This document shows positions 58,450-64,000 of a stretch of 64,000 nt of DNA, in pieces. A model generated the notes under the pieces. That model ran no database searches, was not told the DNA's origin, and saw only the letters and a list, made by a program, of their open reading frames with translations. The stretch spans positions 2,976,001-3,040,000 of the forward strand of contig JAYWIR010000013.1 in assembly GCA_036172245.1 (NCBI GenBank), written 5' to 3'. Numbering within the stretch: position 1 is the stretch's first letter; each line of letters begins with the position of its first letter. The position numbers were made by a program, and so were the translations under genes. This DNA is from Raillietiella orientalis. Lineage: Eukaryota.

Positions 58450-61170
58450 ACCAGCCTGCGGAGGAACCGCACGACCCTGTTGCTTCTGGCTCCGGTCTTC
58501 GGAGATGTTGGGGCGCTCTTTTCATGCTGAAAGCCGGCTGGCGAGCTCGATATGACGGGCGAGTTGAAGCTGCTGACGGCCGCCGTTCCGCAGAAGCTTC
58601 TGACTTCCCCAAGCCCGATGTCTCCGGCACGCAGAGGCTCCACCAAACACGGCGAGCACTCGGACAGCGCGACGTCCCCCAGCAGCTGAGTTGATAAGGC
58701 TGATCCGAGACGAAGGCGATGTTCCCGCCTCGTTTCGGTCAGCCAGAGTGAGGCTCCTTCCTAAGGGAGGAGACCTCAGGAAACTGAACAACTGGCGTCC
58801 GATCACGATCGTGAACATGGACGCCAAGTTGGTTGCCGGGCTGTGGGCTTTGCGCTTAGGACAGGTGGCAGAATCCATAATTAGCCCGGAACAGACTTAC
58901 GCTGTTCCCGGGCGAAGCATGGATGCCAACCTGTTCCTCGCGAGCACATGGTTTCATGTGCAGAGGTGTACCAATGAAACAGAGACAAGGATTGGCAACC
59001 CCACTTTGGGGTCGCCAGCCGGGCTGGGAAGGGACACCGGGGAGGGGAAGGGGGTCCTAGCGATCGCGATCGATCTTCACAAGGCGTTCGACTGCGTGGA
59101 CCAGGATCTCCTGCTGGAGCTCCTGGGTCGCATGGGCTTCCCACCCTCCCTACTCTCGAACCTGCGCTCCTGCTGGCGGAATGCGTTAATCAACGTCTCT
59201 TTCAGTGGACAAATAGCGTACGGCGTGCCGGTACGGCGGGGCATACGGCAGGGCAATAGCCTCAGTCCCCTGCTCTTTAGCACCTACTTTGAGTTGGTGC
59301 TGAGAGCGTACAGAGTGACTCTGGCTGTCTTGCCTAGCTCGTGCCCCGGCACGCCCGCTGTAGCTGCATACGCAGACGATCTTCTGCTGATGTTGCCCAT
59401 GTCCGCCCCGGCAGGCGCAGTTGAGGATTTCTTCGATCTGCTAAGCCGTGGGACTGGACTGCAGGTAAACAAGGCGAAGTCGTCGGTGGTAGCGGTGGGT
59501 GCGACGTGGGTTGGACGGCCTGACTAGATCCGCTTGGGTATCCCCACGGCCAGGTACCTGAAGTACCTGGGTGTCCCGTTGGGGGACTTCTGCCTCGCAG
59601 AAGCCTAGTCAGGTCGTCTCCAAAAAGTGGAGTTGGCAATCGGCCCGTTCCTGGAGGGCAAATTCCTTCTGCCGGAACGGGCCGCGGTGTGGAACGCGTT
59701 CGCGGCTCCCATCCTCCGCCCCCTGCTTTTTGTTTGCCCCATCCCCCCCCCCCAGTTGAAAAAGAGGACTAAAGACCTCCTCCTCATCGCCCTCTGGGGC
59801 AGCAGGAGGCCTCGTGTGCCTCTAAGGGACTTATGCGCTCCGCGTCGGGACGGCGGTCTTGGCCTCCTGACGCTGGAGCTCATGGAGATTCAGCTGCGAT
59901 GGCGCACCCTCGCCATCGCAGCGAAGTCGTGGAGCACCCCTTGGTGCGTTCCGGCCCTCATCCTTGCCAGCCGTGTCTCCGGGATGCAAGGACTCGCGTA
60001 GTACCTCCTGTGCCCCGGCCGGAAGGTCAGAAGATGCGGCCTTCTCCTTGGGCGCATGGAAGCCCTGGTGAGAGAAAACGGCTGGATGGTATGCAGCCCC
60101 GCCAACTCCTCCGCATGGCTGGAGGAATCCGTTGCGACATGGGTGAAGTTGAATAACCCAGGAGCAAAAAATTGGAAGCGCCTGCGATTCGGCCCCAACG
60201 CCTGCTGCACACTGCGGACCACTTTGGAGTGTTCCGCCAGGAGCACGTGGGCGGAGACCACCCCTTTGGCTTCGACGCTGCCCTTCCTACGGAAGGCCCT
60301 AACCAGCGGCCGGAAGCCGAAGTGGCAAGTCTCCTGCCGTATCGCAGGAAGAGAGAGAAAGATGAGCGGGTGGACCATGGGAGAACTGGCAGATGCCACG
60401 ACCCCGAGTGCCCTCCCGTGTGGACTTCTGAGATGGAGAGAGCTCTCCCCCCAGTATTAATTGGATCCAGGCTTCTCCCCCTGAAGTGGCAAGAGTCGGC
60501 GCTGCTGCTGTTGCACTGGGGTTCACCCTGCAACGCGCGCCGCTTCCACTGGATGCGGGGAAGTGTAAGGCCTGAGTGTGCCAGGTGTGGGGAGCGGAAA
60601 TCGCTCCCCCACCTACTTGTTGACTGTGCTGCCCTCTGACCCCTATGGGAACGGTTCGGGACGACCCTCGGACTCCCGGTGGGCAGCCAACCCAGAGACG
60701 TTCTCCCTCTTCTCTTCGTGCGGGACGCCCTGCAGCCAGCTGCAGCCATTGCAGCACTCTGCTGCATCCGAGGCATCGTGGCAGCCTGCAGCGATACCCG
60801 CAACGGAGGAGTGGATGCTAACGAGAGGGACGTCATCCCGTATGCGGTCTGCTTCATGCGGAGAGCTACAGGATGGACCCAGCTGGGTACAATGCAAATG
60901 GACCTCGAGGGAATCCTGAGAAGGATGGACCCTCCTCCCAGTGGACTGTTATCCCTTCCCTTCCCTCCAAACTCTTTTTGTTTTTTGCTTTGTTTTTATT
61001 TTTATTTTTTGTTTTCTCCCCCACCCCCCTCCACTGCCGAGGAGCGTCACGCCGGGCTGCGTCCCGGCGTGCCGGCAGGTCCGGTGTTGTGTGGCCGTTA
61101 GTGGGGCCTTATACCACGTTTTGTAGAGTTTTTGAAATAAACGCCCCGGGCGTACCCGGGTGGAAACCCC
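58450..61170 (+). mobile_element. L1/Tx1-like non-LTR retrotransposon, 5'-truncated or decayed, with stops and frameshifts
   Basis: RT motifs in ORF 58691-59527: LLPKGGD, NWRPITIVNMDAK, EQTYAVPGRS, IDLHKAFDCV, RGIRQGNSLSPLLF, AYADDL, VNKAKS. These are followed by LKYLGV, LCAPRRDGGLG and a C-terminal zinc knuckle (CARCGERKSLPHLLVDC), then a pyrimidine-rich 3' UTR with AATAAA at 61136. Confidence 0.92.
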
Positions 61171-64000
61171 CAGCAGCTGCTGGTTGTCACCAGGGCCTCC
61201 ACGGCTCTGTACTAGCCTCCGGATGAGCTCGAGTTGCTCGCTCGCTGCTGGTGGCATTGCCACTGTGGGTCCAGACACGCCTGCCCACAGTTCGGGCAGA
61301 ATGGCATAAGGAAGAACACTCCTGGCGGGTGAACCTCGCCCGCTGGAGAACGTCCTCTCTCATTCAAGGCTCCAAACAGCGACTTGCTCGAGCACAACGT
61401 GAAGCATCTCTCTCCAGACACGCTGGTCGAGGAGTCGAACGCCTGGATGCACTCCTGGCGTGCCCTACATCCGTGCTTGTGTTTGTCCGATTCGCTGGCG
61501 CACGACGACGGCGCCCCTGGGGTCGACGCGCGCGAGGCGTTGACGGCACAAGACAAGCCTTTGCTTGCACGATGCTCGCTTGCTAAGGAAGAACTTTTGC
61601 CCCGCGTGTGTAGCTGAACCACATTGTGTACCCCTGCAAAATGCATGTGGGCGCTCATTTTCTATTAGGTTGCGAATTTCACAATTCGATTAGCAGAGAA
61701 ACCCAATTGATGCAATGAGCATCATCACACTTTCTCAAAGTTGAACGCCTTTCCTTCCTTTAGTTCTATATCCATCGGAAAGCGAAGACCTGGAATTTAT
61801 GCTTTCAAACTGCGCACTGCAGTCCGCCAAAATTTCTTTTCCATCTGCTTCCCTCTGTCAAGAAAAGGAGATTCCATCAGCAACACGCAATCCTTTCATG
61901 GGGAATTCTCAAATTCGTTCCAGAATGGACACGTGAATCAACAGAAGCATTCTGGTCGCTGCTCGTCGATGGCAGACACAAAAGTTAAAATGATATGTCG
62001 GTGAAGTGAAGGATTCTACGGAAAATCTGACTTTTAGCAATGCAAGTGGTTGTGAAGACAAAGAGGAGTGGATTTCAGCTGAGGTAGGAGCAGATGAGAA
62101 ACGCATCCACATTGCGCCCATGCGGAAACGAATTTCAATTTTCCATTCGATCATTTCTTCCCTCGTGGTTAATTCCACGGTGTGAAATTCAATGGAACAA
62201 ATGAACAAATCATATTGCAGAAGACGGACACTTAGGTATGAAGGTAATTCTCAATCCAGGAGAACCTGCATTCGAAGGTTTCGCTTGTGTCTGATTTTCT
62301 TTGAAACACATGGACAAGGAAGGCCACTTAGCTCCAAACATAAGACCGATTCCGCAAAACGAAGTCCTGAAATCGCCGGGAAGGTGTAAGAAAATTTTCC
62401 TGCCTCAGGACGCGACCATGGAGGTACTCGGCAACCGATCCGGCTTGTTTGTCACACGCCGATCAGACCGCCGATTCCAGAATGCGAAGATCAGCCTTTT
62501 GCCGGGGTCTCATTGACACACCGCATGTAGAAAACACCAGGGAGCAACTTTCCTGCCTATCCCTTTCCACGGAAAGGGTGGAGCATTCCGTTTCTGGCAT
62601 TGCGAGGCATTCCGCAAAACCACAAGGGGTAATCCGTGCGGCACCCCTGCAATTGGGAAGCACCACCTTTTGCTGACTCTTCCGATTCCCTCCGAATACT
62701 CTTCCGTTTTTGTTTCTCCTCAGACAAAAAAAAAAAGAAACGGTTTTCCCACAAAAAGGGACGATGAGATGACTGAAAAATTTCCATACACGTTTCTCGA
62801 GAAAATCCTTTACGTTTGCAGTGCGTTCGCTCTCTCCGGGGACTCCAGCACAAGAAAAGTCCCTTACACGGCTCAACAGGAACGCAAAGCATTTGCACCA
62901 TTCCCTGCCCATCCAATGTCTCGCCTGGAAACACCGTGCAACATCTGCACAAGGGTGCACCACTCCGTTTGGTGTGCAAACCCTGTTGATGTATGCAAGC
63001 TTGAAAGCTCACGACAGGATAGCAAAAGACAAGACAGCATTTTCAAAAACTTTATTCCTTCCTTCCCATCGTCCCAGACACTGTGCAACCTGCTCCTCCG
63101 TCATGTATGCCTGGAGGCTTCACTGCTTTTCCGCCAGCGAAGATAGGCAGTGAGCCTAGCAAGCGGCCATGAAACCACTCTGAAATGCTACTTGTGCCTC
63201 CTCCTTGCAGTTTGTCCGACCCTTCTGGTTTCGTTCCTTCTCGATGAGGACAGGACCACATCTTCCACCATTTTCTTCTGCACGCAAAATGGGAAGCAAG
63301 CCGTACTTCTTCGTGATCCGACCTTTTCGTTTAGGGCCTTGTTTTCTTCAGCATCTTCATGTCCTTCCTTGAAAGCACTGGTTCCTGCAGCTCCTTGCTA
63401 GCAACTCATACCCGCCTTGGTTTGCAGTCAAAAAGTGCGATGGGTTTGACCTATTCTGACTTTCGGGAGGTTCGCCTCCATGAAACGCAGCGGCATTTCA
63501 GCTCAGCAGAATTCAAGGATAGAAGTGGCTCAACCTGAAAGACGTGTACAAACCATTGATTACTATCTGTGAACACATCTGCACCACACAGTTTGACACG
63601 TTCTTGAAAGAGTTGCATCCATCCTACTGCTGCTTGGCTTCCCTTGTGGATACGCTTTGCTGTCCAATTTTCTATTCAAGTGGATGATACCGAAACACTT
63701 CGGAAATTCCTTCGGGGTACGATGGTGCGTGTTTGGGATTCACGGAAGATCAGAATCGCTTTCGAATTGGCTTCTGAAGCAAATACCGAGTCCCGGATTC
63801 ACAGGGATCCGAGTGACTTCCGGATTGGATTCAGTATCCCGTAGGAGATTGCTCCCTCTCAGAACCGGTTTATCTGAAATCGGAAAACATCAAACTTTTA
63901 CGTAACTCTTCACTCCCATTCCGATCCGTCGTCAATGCAGCCGTATCAGCTGATGGGACTGTAGCAGAAGAGAAAGTGGTTGTCACGAGTGCAAGTGGGG

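Overview
This is eukaryotic genomic DNA, probably from an invertebrate with arthropod-like features, and many of its introns are very short (~45-100 nt). Two protein genes lie on the + strand. The first is an unconventional myosin XV (Myo15/Myo10A-Sisyphus type: motor, 3 IQ, MyTH4-FERM, MyTH4-FERM). Its first recognisable exon starts at 8060 (the P-loop exon was not found and is presumably upstream) and its stop codon is at 40249. The second is a divergent AP-5 complex subunit zeta (AP5Z1/SPG48-like) gene at ~50194-56074, in an AT-rich, CpG-poor block. Between them are a decayed Utopia/NeSL-like (RLE-type) non-LTR retrotransposon and a 19-copy, 97-bp, highly structured tandem repeat. Four diverged copies of an L1/Tx1-like LINE family (largest ~58450-61170) all end in the same AATAAA + covarying hairpin + AAAC signature instead of a poly(A) tail. 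A 36-nt 5' fragment of U2 snRNA and a candidate alternative exon that could give a motorless myosin XV isoform lie in large myosin introns. Most short ORFs in the supplied track are by-products of high GC content. All family assignments come from motif recognition by eye, with no database search.
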